Shown here: positions 6,451 through 16,533 of the stretch, piece after piece
How the letters are laid out: every line of letters begins with the position of its first letter
Position numbering within the stretch: position 1 is the stretch's first letter
NCBI GenBank assembly: GCA_963843635.1
Contig: CAWJLF010000012.1
Location: 33,829 to 97,828, forward strand
Direction of reading: 5' to 3'
DNA length: 64,000 nt
Source: an uncultured Bacteroidales bacterium
GTDB lineage: Bacteria; Bacteroidota; Bacteroidia; Bacteroidales; VadinHA17
Notes under the pieces: model-generated
What the model was told of the DNA's origin: nothing
Databases searched by the model: none
What the model saw: the letters and a program-made list of their open reading frames with translations, nothing else
Translations under genes and position numbers: made by a program

Positions 6451-8814
6451 CTACTCGTATCGTAGCGCTTCAACAGGATTTTTACTTGCTGCTCGATAGG
6501 ATTGTAATCCTACTGTCAGCATGGTAATAGTAATTACTATAAACCATGCTAGGACAAATAACCACAAGCTTATATTTATACGGTATGCAAAACTCTGAAG
6601 CCATATATTAGTCGCAAACCAGGCAACAGGACTTGCAATTAAAAATGAAATAGTAACTAATCCAAAATATTCTTTTGACAGCATGTAGAATATTTCAGGT
6701 GATTTTGCACCGTTCACTTTCCTTATCCCTATCTCTTTAGTCCTGCGCACTGTCATGAAAGTAGATAACCCGATAAGACCAAGAATTGATATTATAATTG
6801 TCAGGAAAGTGAAATACCCGAACATAGTACCAGAAATCAGTTCTATCCGATTATAGCTATCATAGTCATCCTCAAGGAATTGAATTTTCAGAGGATAATC
6901 AGTTTTATATGATTTAATCGTTTTCCTGATTTTATTTACTGTCGAAGCAATTGAATCGGATTTCATTCTGAGATAACACTTACCTCCTATAGTATATGAC
7001 TGTATTGGTATTATTAGAAGCGGATCAATTGTGAAATGGAATGACTTAAAATGAAAGTTTTTTAATACGCCAATAATAGTAAATTTTAATCCTTTTGTTG
7101 TTGTCAATATTTCTCCTACGGGATTTTTAAAACCCAAAATTTCCGCTGCTTTTTCGTTGATCACTACTGCAGAATTATCAGTTGAAAATTCATCGGCATT
7201 TAAATAACTCCCTTCCTTAAGCTCAAGGTGAAAAGTTTTAGCATAATCCTTATCAGCTTCCAGTATAGTAAACATAATATCATTGCCTTCCTTTTTCCCT
7301 TTCCAACTAAAATCATTCACAGTTGACCAATTATTTAGAATATATTGGTGTCCGGTAATTGTTACATTTAATATTTCAGGAATATTGCTGAGTTCGCTTT
7401 TTATAGTCTCCCGTCGTATACCTTCATTGAATTCAAAATAACAAACATTATCTATATTAGCACCAAAGTTTTTACTTTTCATATAGCTGAGCTGGCTTCT
7501 GATAATTAGAGTACTTATAATAAACAGGAAAGCAAGTGTGAACTGGGACACGACCAGCATTCTTTTGAATCTTGCCTTTCCGGTATTTTTAATTATAATT
7601 CCCTTCAATATATTAATTGGCTGTAAAGAAGATAAATAGTATGCCGGGTAACTCCCCGCCAATAATCCGCAAAACAATACTACTGTGACTAAAACTATAT
7701 ATAATCCTGCACTCCGGTAGTTGACTCCCAACTTAATAAACATTGCAGTATTAAAAACGGGCAACAACAATTCAACCAGGATCATTGCAATTACATGTGC
7801 AACAAATACGATCAGCAGAGATTCTCCTAAAAACTGAAAGATTATTTTTTGTTTGGATGCCCCTGCTATTTTACGTACACCTATTTCTTTTGCCCTCCCG
7901 GATGATTGCGCAGTTAAGAGATTCATAAAGTTAATACAGGCAATAGTGAGAATTAATATTGCAATCAGGCTCGCAAGTCTGACAGGTGTAATATTGCCAT
8001 ATTCAATATCATTAGTATACATCCCGTGAGAATATAAATGTATCTTCTTTATGTTTTGAAGGAATATTTCAGCATTTGACTCTTTAAGATATCTTTGTAT
8101 AATTCCTTTAATGTTTTCTTCAACTTTCTTGCTGTCAGTCCCTTGCTTAAGCTCAATAAAGGTAAATGTGTTGGCATTCTTCCAATCATTCAGGTTGCCT
8201 GCAATTCTCATTTTTAAAAACTCACTGGAAACTAAACAATCAATATAAAAGTGACTGTTACGCGGAACGTTCTTTATCACCCCTGTGACTGTGAAAACAA
8301 GATTCGGACCGTCGTTCATTGTTTTGCCAAGTGGATCCTCACTGCCAAAGTATCTTTTTGCCATGTCCTCAGTAATAATAATATCATAAGGACCGTTTAA
8401 AGCGTTATTTTTATCTCCCTGAACAAACACAATATCAAACATCTTAAAAAAATCCTTATCCACCGTGGCAAGTGTTCCTTCTATAGTATTATCCCCTTTT
8501 ATAAATGTTTCCCAGAAATTCTGGTATACTGTCGACCGTATTATTTCGGGATATTCTGCTTTCAAAGCAGCAGCAAGAGGATATGTTGTGACGGCAACCT
8601 GTTCCAGTTTCCCGTCAGTATAATGTCTTTCAAGCACTCGATATAAGAAGTCAGCATTTTTGTAGTACCTGTCATAACTGAATTGATACTGTACCCATAA
8701 AAGGAGTAAAATTGCACATGCCATGCCAATGGCCATACCACTGATATTCAGAATTGAGTATATGGAATTTCTTTTAATATTCCGAATTGCGATTTTGAAG
8801 TAGTTCTTTATCAT
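6451..8814 (-). CDS. ABC transporter permease, MacB/FtsX family (two FtsX domains, ~787 aa)
   Basis: Starts with the family-typical MIKNYFKIAIRNIKRNSIYSILNISGMAIGMA. Two FtsX modules are present (...AKEIGVRKIAGASKQKI... and ...TKEIGIRKVNGAKSPEI...), ending ...AASKNPVEALRYE. Start is set at ATG 8814; the ORF-track extension to 8901 runs through low-complexity leader DNA. Confidence 0.9.
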   Translation of the reverse strand: MIKNYFKIAIRNIKRNSIYSILNISGMAIGMACAILLLLWVQYQFSYDRYYKNADFLYRVLERHYTDGKLEQVAVTTYPLAAALKAEYPEIIRSTVYQNFWETFIKGDNTIEGTLATVDKDFFKMFDIVFVQGDKNNALNGPYDIIITEDMAKRYFGSEDPLGKTMNDGPNLVFTVTGVIKNVPRNSHFYIDCLVSSEFLKMRIAGNLNDWKNANTFTFIELKQGTDSKKVEENIKGIIQRYLKESNAEIFLQNIKKIHLYSHGMYTNDIEYGNITPVRLASLIAILILTIACINFMNLLTAQSSGRAKEIGVRKIAGASKQKIIFQFLGESLLIVFVAHVIAMILVELLLPVFNTAMFIKLGVNYRSAGLYIVLVTVVLFCGLLAGSYPAYYLSSLQPINILKGIIIKNTGKARFKRMLVVSQFTLAFLFIISTLIIRSQLSYMKSKNFGANIDNVCYFEFNEGIRRETIKSELSNIPEILNVTITGHQYILNNWSTVNDFSWKGKKEGNDIMFTILEADKDYAKTFHLELKEGSYLNADEFSTDNSAVVINEKAAEILGFKNPVGEILTTTKGLKFTIIGVLKNFHFKSFHFTIDPLLIIPIQSYTIGGKCYLRMKSDSIASTVNKIRKTIKSYKTDYPLKIQFLEDDYDSYNRIELISGTMFGYFTFLTIIISILGLIGLSTFMTVRRTKEIGIRKVNGAKSPEIFYMLSKEYFGLVTISFLIASPVAWFATNIWLQSFAYRINISLWLFVLAWFIVITITMLTVGLQSYRAASKNPVEALRYE

Positions 8815-8999
8815 TGTTGCTTGGTGCTGGTTACTTGTTGCTGGTTGCTGGGACAACTGCAACTTCATTACTTGTAAGTCATTGAGAGCGAAGCGAAGCA
8901 ATCTCCTTCTCTCTTAATGCCAATTACCATACCACTATTATTTACTCTTTGAAAATTAATTATTTAAGTAATAAAATCAAAATAATATTTTTTATATTT

Positions 9000-9036
9000 G
9001 TCTAATATAGGGGCAAGAAATGCCCATATATTAGAC
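9000..9036. promoter_or_regulatory. 37-bp near-perfect palindrome in the divergent FtsX / response-regulator intergenic region
   Basis: GTCTAATATAGGGGCA-AGAAA-TGCCCATATATTAGAC, with 15/16 arm matches. The centre GGGGCAAGAAATGC has sigma-54-like GG-N10-GC spacing, but the flanking bases are non-consensus. Confidence 0.35.
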
Positions 9037-9128
9037 ATAAGTTAACAATTTAAAATGTTTGGTCAGAGTTAAAGAAATTTAAAGTGGAAGCTGGTAAATA
9101 ACCTTTTTAGCAGATTTTTAAATGGTAA

Positions 9129-9220
9129 CACAGAGGAAATCCTGAGAACCACAGAGTGACACAGAGAATAGCTTTGAAGAGACTCTGAGCCACTCTGTGC
9201 ACCCTTTGTGAAACTCTGTG
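9129..9220. repeat. CACAGAG / CTCTGTG word cluster in the leader of the response-regulator gene
   Basis: CACAGAG occurs at 9129, 9150 and 9160. Its complement CTCTGTG occurs at 9193 and 9214. This is a GC-richer islet inside AT-rich spacer, 37-128 nt upstream of ATG 9257. Confidence 0.6.
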
Positions 9221-9256
9221 TAAGTTCTTAATTAACTTGAATAACAGTATTACATA

Positions 9257-10621
9257 ATGAAAGGTAAATTATTGATTGTTGATGATCATAAACAGGTTTT
9301 GAAAGCATTAATCCAGTTGCTTGAACCAGAATTTGGCAGTATTACCGGAATATCAAATCCTAATCAGATAATCAGCTGTTTAAACAGGGAGGAGTATGAT
9401 GTTATCCTGTTGGACATGAACTTTTCAGCCGGCGTTAATACTGGCAATGAAGGTATTTACTGGCTCAATCGAATAATAAAATCAGATCCGCTGGCCATTG
9501 TAGTGATGATAACTGCATATTCCGATGTTAACCTGGCTGTAAGGGCTATAAAAGAGGGAGCTACTGATTTTGTAGTGAAGCCGTGGGACAATAATAAACT
9601 TATTACTTCCCTGCAGGCAGCATTTAAACTCAGACAATCAAAGATTGAGAACAAGAAGCTCCGCGACAGACAAAAGCAGATAAATAAAGGGATTATAAAT
9701 CAGGTTGATCCACTGATCGGAAAATCACGGGCAATAGAAAATGTTTTACAGATGATAAAAAAGGTAGCCAGAACAGATGCAAATGTTCTGGTAATAGGCG
9801 AGAATGGGACAGGGAAAGAGTTAATTGTAAAAGAGATCCATAATAATTCACGCAGGGCCTACGAAGCTTTTATCAGTATTGACATAGGAACAATTACCGA
9901 GACATTATTTGAGAGTGAAATGTTCGGACACGTTAAAGGAGCTTTTACTGATGCCAGGGAAGACAGAACCGGGTGGTTCGAAACGGCTTCGGGTGGCACC
10001 CTGTTTCTGGATGAAATAGGAAACCTTTCTCTTACAATGCAATCAAAACTGCTTGCAGCCATTCAAAACCGGGTAATCTGTAAGGTAGGCTCAAAAACAC
10101 CGATACCTTTTGATATAAGACTTATCTGTGCAACCAATAAAAATCTGGAAGAAATGGTCACAAAGAATCTCTTCCGCGAGGATCTTTATTACCGGATTAA
10201 TACAATCGTGATTGATATACCTCCATTGCGTGACAGGGGTGAAGATATTGTTTTGCTTGCAGAGCATTTCTTAAAGGAGTACTCAGTCAAATATGAGAAA
10301 TTCCAATTGAAATTCAGCAGCAAAACTCTTGATAAACTAATGAAATACAACTGGCCGGGAAATGTAAGGGAGTTGCGTCATACAGTAGAAAAAGCAGTTA
10401 TATTATGTGAATCTGATATTTTAATACCGGAAGATTTTATAATCTCACATTCATTACAACAACCTTCTCAACAGCAAAAGCCGCCAACATTTGCCGAAAT
10501 AGAAAAACGAGCCCTGCAAACTGCTCTGGGAAATAATAATGGAAGTGTTCTGAAAGCTTCAAAAGAGCTTGGATTAGCCAGACAAACAATGTACAATAAA
10601 ATGCAAAAGTATAACCTTTAG
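9257..10621 (+). CDS. Sigma-54-dependent Fis-family response regulator (NtrC-like)
   Basis: Receiver domain (LLIVDDHK...DVILLDMNF...KPW). AAA+ domain with GENGTGKE Walker A, the GAFTDA (GAFTGA-type) sigma-54 contact loop, and LFLDEIG. C-terminal Fis-type HTH (SKELGLARQTMYNKMQKY). Confidence 0.9.
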   Translation: MKGKLLIVDDHKQVLKALIQLLEPEFGSITGISNPNQIISCLNREEYDVILLDMNFSAGVNTGNEGIYWLNRIIKSDPLAIVVMITAYSDVNLAVRAIKEGATDFVVKPWDNNKLITSLQAAFKLRQSKIENKKLRDRQKQINKGIINQVDPLIGKSRAIENVLQMIKKVARTDANVLVIGENGTGKELIVKEIHNNSRRAYEAFISIDIGTITETLFESEMFGHVKGAFTDAREDRTGWFETASGGTLFLDEIGNLSLTMQSKLLAAIQNRVICKVGSKTPIPFDIRLICATNKNLEEMVTKNLFREDLYYRINTIVIDIPPLRDRGEDIVLLAEHFLKEYSVKYEKFQLKFSSKTLDKLMKYNWPGNVRELRHTVEKAVILCESDILIPEDFIISHSLQQPSQQQKPPTFAEIEKRALQTALGNNNGSVLKASKELGLARQTMYNKMQKYNL

Positions 10622-10633
10622 AAAACTTCAACC

Positions 10634-11998
10634 ATGGTACTAAACAGATTCTTCATCAATGTATTTCTACGTGTGACTTTTATTGTTTTATCCAGTTTGG
10701 TTTTAGGAATAGTGCTACAACATCTTGACCAGGGATACTATTACACACTTACAGGTATGATTTTCCTCATTACATTACAGACCTGGATGCTGGTCAATAA
10801 GGTTAACAGAACAAATACTGATCTGGAAAAATTCTTTTCATCGGTTCAGTGTTATGACTCATCCGTCCGTTTTTCAGATAATACAAGGAATAATTCGTAC
10901 AGGAAATTGCATGACAGAATGAATGATTTAAATACGATTATTCAGAGTGTTAAAATAGAAAATGAGAGAACCAGCCAGTTCTTACAAAGTTTGGTTGCCC
11001 ATGTTGATGTTGGATTGTTGTCATTTGATATGAATGGCAGGATAGAAATCTATAACAGGGCTGCAAAAAGGTATTTAAATGATCAGCAACTTCAGGAACT
11101 GTCGTCTTTAAGAACTACAAATGATGAAATTTATAAAATTATAAGTACTATAAAGCCGGGACAGGAGATATTGCATAAAATGAAAATTGACAATCTCATA
11201 CAAAGTATCCTGATAAAAGCTACCGAACTGAAATTTGAAAATAATGTAGTAAAACTTGTTTCTTTTCAGGATATCACAAATGAACTCGATAAAAAGGAAT
11301 TGGATTCCTGGCAAAGATTAATCCGCGTGCTGACTCATGAAATAATGAATTCAATAAGTCCGATTACTTCTCTCACCACAGTGATTTCAGGGTACTTTAA
11401 AAAAACGGATAATGAAAAATTAATTCCATTAGAAAGGATAGATTATCAAATAGTTACAAAAACACTATCCGGGTTGAATACAATTGAAGAAACAGGAAAA
11501 GGATTATTGGATTTTGTTGATAAATACAGAAGCCTGACATCATTACCATTACCTGATTTAAGCAAATTCACTATTAATAATCTCTTCCGGAAATGCAAAC
11601 TCCTAATGGAATCAGTTATTCCGAATAATATAAAAATTATTGCAAGCGTTTATCCTGAAGATATTGATCTGGTAGCAGACTACGCTCAGGTTGAGCAGAT
11701 TCTAATAAATTTAATAAAAAACGCTGTTGAGGCCTTATCTTGCAAGAAGAAAGGAACAATTCACCTTAATGCATTCTATACCGAGGGCGGGATCTTAATT
11801 CAGGTTGAAGATAATGGGATAGGAATATCCGGTGATATTATTGAAGATATTTTTGTGCCATTTTATACAACAAAAAAAAATGGTTCAGGGATAGGATTAA
11901 GCCTGTCAAAGCAAATAATGCAAAATCATTATGGCACAATTTCAGTTAATTCTGTTCCAAACAAGGGATCCAGATTTATTTTAAAATTTCAATTCTGA
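10634..11998 (+). CDS. Sensor histidine kinase (two N-terminal TM segments, PAS-like region, HisKA and HATPase_c)
   Basis: H-box LTHEIMNSISPI, N-box LINLIKNAVEA, G-boxes VEDNGIGI and GSGIGLSLSKQIM. It starts 12 nt after the response-regulator gene. Confidence 0.9.
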   Translation: MVLNRFFINVFLRVTFIVLSSLVLGIVLQHLDQGYYYTLTGMIFLITLQTWMLVNKVNRTNTDLEKFFSSVQCYDSSVRFSDNTRNNSYRKLHDRMNDLNTIIQSVKIENERTSQFLQSLVAHVDVGLLSFDMNGRIEIYNRAAKRYLNDQQLQELSSLRTTNDEIYKIISTIKPGQEILHKMKIDNLIQSILIKATELKFENNVVKLVSFQDITNELDKKELDSWQRLIRVLTHEIMNSISPITSLTTVISGYFKKTDNEKLIPLERIDYQIVTKTLSGLNTIEETGKGLLDFVDKYRSLTSLPLPDLSKFTINNLFRKCKLLMESVIPNNIKIIASVYPEDIDLVADYAQVEQILINLIKNAVEALSCKKKGTIHLNAFYTEGGILIQVEDNGIGISGDIIEDIFVPFYTTKKNGSGIGLSLSKQIMQNHYGTISVNSVPNKGSRFILKFQF

Positions 11999-12000
11999 CT

Positions 12001-12285
12001 GTCCCCGAAGGGTTATTGATATTTTTCCTTATCCTGCCAGGTGTGCCATTCATATATTATGGTGATGAGATAGGTATGCGATATATTCCTCAATCCCCAG
12101 ATGTAGAAGGGAGCATGATGCATTCCCGCAGCTGTACACCCATGTAGTGGGATAATAGCATGAATGCGGGCCATGTTTCGTACATATTCGGAACGACTGA
12201 TAAATGCTCTTACAAAACGGGTAAAAAACTGGATAAAGTTAAATTACCGGCAGTATCAGCTGTTATTTTTAAGATCGAAGATTAA
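12001..12285 (+). pseudogene. C-terminal relic of a GH13 alpha-amylase-family gene
   Basis: Frame 1 reads ...LPGVPFIYYGDEIGMRYIP...RSCTPM*WDNS...LPAVSAVIFKIED*. GxPxIYYGDEIGM and PMQWD are GH13 signatures. TAG sits where the conserved Gln codon is expected. The whole N-terminal catalytic part is missing, because the relic abuts the kinase stop codon. Confidence 0.6.
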
Positions 12286-12300
12286 GGATTTTTGATAATG

Positions 12301-12325
12301 CACCCATTCACTTAATTGATGGGTG
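12301..12325. terminator. Weak hairpin between the convergent GH13 relic and the FabK-like gene
   Basis: CACCCAT-TCACTTAATTG-ATGGGTG has a 7-bp stem and an 11-nt loop, with no T-run. Confidence 0.25.
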
Positions 12326-12361
12326 ATTCAGTATCAATAGTAAAATTTAAGGCTCAGAAAT

Positions 12362-13444
12362 CTATTTACTCTCTTTATACTCATTAATGAGGGACTGAAA
12401 GATCTCCTTGACGGATGATATCTTTGTAGCTTTGAAAGCATTACTTCCGGCAAAGGCAAACCCATTCTCAAAATTCCCTTTCAATGCGCTAATAAGTGCT
12501 GTAATTATACAATACGGACTCTTGGAGATATCACAGGTCCTGATACATTTAAAAGGACATTTCTTTGGCTGTTTTGTACCGTCTTTTACTTTCTGGATGA
12601 AATTTGAGAAAATAGCTCTGCCGGGCATCCCCACAGGACTCTTTATGATCTCAATATCATTTTCCACAGCATTTATATATGCCTGTTTGAAACCTTCGGA
12701 AGCATCACATTCATTTGTGGTGACAAACCTGGTTCCCATCTGTACACCTGCTGCGCCCAGCTTCATAATTTTCTTGATATCATCGCCGGTATATATCCCT
12801 CCAGCCGCAAAAAGTGGAACCTGTTTATTATATTTTTCCTCAAAGATTTTAAGCTCACTCACAATCTCAGGTACCAGTTTTTCGAGTGTATAATTATTAT
12901 CACTAATCTGATCTTCCTTGAATCCTAAATGCCCTCCTGCCTTAGGCCCTTCAACTATCATTGCATCCGGGAGGTAATTATAATTGGTTTTCCATTTCTC
13001 GCATATTATTCTTGCAGCTCTTGCTGATGAGACTATTGGAATAAGCTTTGTAACACTATCTTTCTTTAAAAATGAAGGAAGATCGAGGGGGAGACCTGCT
13101 CCAGCTATAATAACATCTACTTTTTCAGAAATGGAGGTCTTTATCATATCGACAAAATTTGTCATGGCCACCATAACATTGACACCGATGACACCCAGGG
13201 TCTTCTCCCTGGCTTTCCGTATCTCCTCCTTAAGTCCGTGTATACTTGCTTCAAGATAATTAACTGAAAAATCCCTGTACAGAAGTCCAAGTCCTGCACT
13301 CGAAATAATGCCTATTCCTCCCTCATTGGCTACTGCAGAAGCAAGCCCTGAGAGTGATATGCCAACACCCATTCCCCCCTGTATTACCGGAATGGCAATT
13401 GACAGATTCCCCAACTTAAGTGCTTTCATTTCATCAAGATTCAT
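12362..13444 (-). CDS. Nitronate monooxygenase-family FMN oxidoreductase (FabK-like enoyl-ACP reductase II candidate)
   Basis: IPVIQGGMGVGIS (FMN-binding motif), EGPKAGGHLG, AAGGIYTGDDI, GAAGVQMGTRF. Confidence 0.8.
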   Translation of the reverse strand: MNLDEMKALKLGNLSIAIPVIQGGMGVGISLSGLASAVANEGGIGIISSAGLGLLYRDFSVNYLEASIHGLKEEIRKAREKTLGVIGVNVMVAMTNFVDMIKTSISEKVDVIIAGAGLPLDLPSFLKKDSVTKLIPIVSSARAARIICEKWKTNYNYLPDAMIVEGPKAGGHLGFKEDQISDNNYTLEKLVPEIVSELKIFEEKYNKQVPLFAAGGIYTGDDIKKIMKLGAAGVQMGTRFVTTNECDASEGFKQAYINAVENDIEIIKSPVGMPGRAIFSNFIQKVKDGTKQPKKCPFKCIRTCDISKSPYCIITALISALKGNFENGFAFAGSNAFKATKISSVKEIFQSLINEYKESK

Positions 13445-13569
13445 CTTTATATTTTTATAGTGTGGCTCCGGGAGCGGTGGGTTATTTATCCCGGCCGTAG
13501 TGAAGTTATATGCAGACTGGGTTAACTGTGTGACAACGCTACATGGGAATCACATTGTTTATTAGGCCG

Positions 13570-13577
13570 CAAAGATA
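13570..13577 (-). promoter_or_regulatory. Candidate -7 box (TATCTTTG on the minus strand) upstream of the FabK-like gene
   Basis: Plus strand CAAAGATA equals minus-strand TATCTTTG (TAnnTTTG), about 125 nt upstream of ATG 13444. Confidence 0.3.
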
Positions 13578-13912
13578 CGTAATTATTTCAGGTTTTGACG
13601 TTATTATTACCCTGAAAGCAAGTGAAATGTTTAATAACAGCATATATATCACTTTTTTCAGGTTAATATGGTCTGAATGTACGCACTTGGTCCAAACGCA
13701 TAGACTCATCCATTACGGCGCCTATCTTATGGTTCTGATTCTGAAAAGGAAGGTATGGAGTGAGGAGGGATTAATCTGCATTATTGCAAAGCTCTTCAAT
13801 CAGTGTTTAGTTGTATGTCTTATTAATCAGACAAATATGCTTTCTGGGGGTATCCCATAATGCTTTTTGGCCAGTAAGGTCAGGGAAATATTATTTAATA
13901 TATTGAAAATAA

Positions 13913-14125
13913 ATGTATTATTCTGGTCAAAAAATCGTATCTTGTAAGAAATTTAAAAGTACTATGTTCGAAAAGAAACAAAATGTTTATAAATCTCCCG
14001 ATCTTTCTAAATTAAAGGAAGTTATCATTGATCACAAAACAAAAATATACATAGATCCCGAAGCAGATGTCGAAGAGGCAAAGAACAGATATTTGTACAG
14101 GATGCCTACAAAAAGGAATAAATAG
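13913..14125 (+). CDS. Small hypothetical protein (possibly starting at the internal ATG 13964)
   Basis: The only support is an open frame in an otherwise empty spacer. No motif was recognised. Confidence 0.2.
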   Translation: MYYSGQKIVSCKKFKSTMFEKKQNVYKSPDLSKLKEVIIDHKTKIYIDPEADVEEAKNRYLYRMPTKRNK

Positions 14126-14205
14126 GGATACTCATCACAACAGAATTGAGAATTTTCACTTTTAAGCTTGCTCCCTTTGTGCTTAAAAGGCATTTCTGTG
14201 AATTA

Positions 14206-15327
14206 TTATTCCAGCTTTATACTATAAGCTCCTTTCGTAATTATTTTCTCAACCTTTGGTTGGTAAAGAAGCTCAACATACCCATTGTATAAACGTCCCA
14301 GGTCGACTTTTGTCTTTTTCAGGAAATAGGTATTGTTTTCATCCTTTACAAATTCAAGGAGGTAATTATTCCCTTCAAGACTAAGCACGGATTCTTCAGG
14401 TACCGCCATAACAGTTTCGTCTCTGGTTACTATCCCTGCTTCAATATATGCGTTATTAACAAAATTTGCTCCTTTCGGGTCATCAATATCAGCATAACAA
14501 AATACTGTTTTTGATTCCGGATCAACATTTTTACCTATGGATCTCAATGTAGCCGAATATGATTTGTCCTTGTTCCCCAAAAGGCTGAAAGAGATCTTCT
14601 GATCTTCATTAAGTTTATCAAGATCTTTTTCAAATACGGCAACTCTGAGTTGTAGCTGGTTGACATCCAGCACTTCGGCAATAACCATCTGCGGATCGGT
14701 AAACTGGCCAATCGTTACATTGATACCCGAAATAAAACCATTAAACGGAGATCTCAGAACAAAGGACTTATAGAAATTCCCATCTTTTATTTTAGATTCA
14801 TCAAGACCAAGAGAATTGATTTTCAATTTCAGAGCTGAATATTGTGCATTAGCTGACCTGAATTCACTCTCAGCCATTATAAACTCTTTCTCGGTACCTA
14901 CTTTTTCACCATAGAGTGATTTTATCCTTTCATATTCAGATCTTTTCCGTGTTAGCTGACTTTCGCTTTCAGCATAATCTCTCTGCAGATTAATAAATGC
15001 ATCGCCGGCAAGCTCAAAGAGAGCTTCACCTGTCCTTACATTCTGGCCACATGAGCAGTTGATCTTTTGGATATGGCCCGGAACAGGCGTGCTTATCCTG
15101 GCAGTCCCTGAGGGCTCCACCATTATGTTACCACTACATTTTATTACGTCATCAAATCGGACCTGTTCAGGTTCGCTGATGACCATTTTACCTGTTTCAA
15201 ACTGTTCATGTGTAATGCTTATCAGGTTATCTGCAGAATCTGCAACCTGTTCATTGTTTTTCGTATGGTTACACGAAATAAATATGACTGCAGTGATAAA
15301 AAATATAAATTTGAGTTTCATAATCAT
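14206..15327 (-). CDS. Efflux RND periplasmic adaptor subunit (CzcB/HlyD family)
   Basis: Signal/lipoprotein N-terminus (FFITAVIFISC). Also a lipoyl-like hairpin (GHIQKI...GQNVRTGEALFEL), a coiled-coil segment and a beta-barrel domain (VLRSPFNGFISGINVTIGQ). It is the last gene of the czcA-tolC-adaptor operon. Confidence 0.85.
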   Translation of the reverse strand: MIMKLKFIFFITAVIFISCNHTKNNEQVADSADNLISITHEQFETGKMVISEPEQVRFDDVIKCSGNIMVEPSGTARISTPVPGHIQKINCSCGQNVRTGEALFELAGDAFINLQRDYAESESQLTRKRSEYERIKSLYGEKVGTEKEFIMAESEFRSANAQYSALKLKINSLGLDESKIKDGNFYKSFVLRSPFNGFISGINVTIGQFTDPQMVIAEVLDVNQLQLRVAVFEKDLDKLNEDQKISFSLLGNKDKSYSATLRSIGKNVDPESKTVFCYADIDDPKGANFVNNAYIEAGIVTRDETVMAVPEESVLSLEGNNYLLEFVKDENNTYFLKKTKVDLGRLYNGYVELLYQPKVEKIITKGAYSIKLE

Positions 15328-15333
15328 AATCTG

Positions 15334-16533
15334 TTAATTTGATAAATACATCTGTTCCAGGATATTAGTATTGTATTGTAACACATTGTCAAGATAATCC
15401 AGTTTAATCATTACAGCGTTCTCATAGCTGCTGGTAAACCTGAAAAGATCTATCTCACCGCTCTCAAGACTCTTAAGTGCAGTCCTGAGGATCTCTTCAT
15501 AAAGTAAACTGCCTGTTGAATTAAAATAATCAATGGCCTCCCTGAGTCTTAGTTCTTCCCGCTTGTAAGCGGCTATTTTGTTTTTCAGGGCATTGATCTC
15601 ATACTCGGTCATCAGTTGGCGGGAATCGATAGAGATTCTTGATGATTTGATCCTTGATCTCTGACTACCGAAGAAAAGGGGTACTGCCACACCTACCTGG
15701 AATCCGTTGTAGTACCTCGAGCTTTCATGTTTGTCAGTACCTGTGAAATAGTTCAGTGAAAGATCAGGCAGCATTTTATTCCTCTCAATTTTCAACAAAG
15801 CCTCGGCATAATTATTCTGCAATTTCAACAATTGAACGGCAGGATATGATTCTATGTTCTTCTCATCAGCGACTATCATTTCAATATTGCCTGCTACTGC
15901 AAAATCCTCTTCATAGTTCATGAGTGCCTTCAGTTTCTGAAATGTGGTTTGAATATAGTATCCTGTTCCATCGAGGTTTAATTTAGCCTGGTGCTGACGT
16001 GCTTTTATATTTAGGAGATCGAAGCTGACTGTAATCGCCTTTTGCAAACCTTGATTCAGCATTCCTCAGCAGGTCGGAATAAAGGCTGTCAATACTCCTG
16101 TACATATCCTGCCTGGCCTGAAGTATCTTGAGTGTATAGAAAGAAAGTGAGACATTCTTTTGAAGAGACTGTCTGCGCGTCTCCAGGGCCAGCTCGGCTC
16201 TTGACACATCTATCATTCTCGCATTCCTCTCAGCGAAGTACAGGGTAGGAAAACTCAGGTCCTGTGATATACCCCATATATGTAAAGGATAACCTAACGG
16301 AGTAATATTATTCTGATCATATCCATAACTCAAAACTGTTTTGTCCGGATCGAAGGCAGTCGCCTTGAGAGCAACTATCTCTTTCACTTTCAATGCATAT
16401 GCATTAATCTCTTTGTTATTAGCCAGGGCAATATCCATGATCTCATTAAGAGTCATCTCTTTTTCTGACCATATGATGATAGTGCAGGAAGGAGGATGAA
16501 AAGGAGGATAACGACCGGCTTATACCTGATCAC
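15334..16533 (-). pseudogene. TolC-family outer membrane efflux protein, frameshifted at least twice
   Basis: Fragments 15983..16456 and 15334..16062 overlap in different frames and join at ...AESRFAKG / ITVSFDLLNIKA. Its signal peptide (M/V)IRYKPVVILLFILLPALSSYGQ is encoded from GTG 16533 in the frame of the czcA-like tail and is cut off from MTLNEIMDIA by a 1-nt shift near an AAAAA run. Confidence 0.75.

Noticed and set aside
8918-8934. Sigma-54 promoter on the minus strand (TGGTATGGTAATTGGCA) upstream of the FtsX permease.
   Set aside because: The GC of the -12 element is displaced by one base relative to the TGGCAC-N5-TTGC spacing, and the -24 box is TGGTAT. It is too weak to call without a TSS.
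13543-13860. 105-aa plus-strand ORF in the spacer upstream of the FabK-like gene.
   Set aside because: The peptide is hydrophobic and low-complexity, with no motif and no plausible start context. The region more likely holds the FabK-like promoter and leader.
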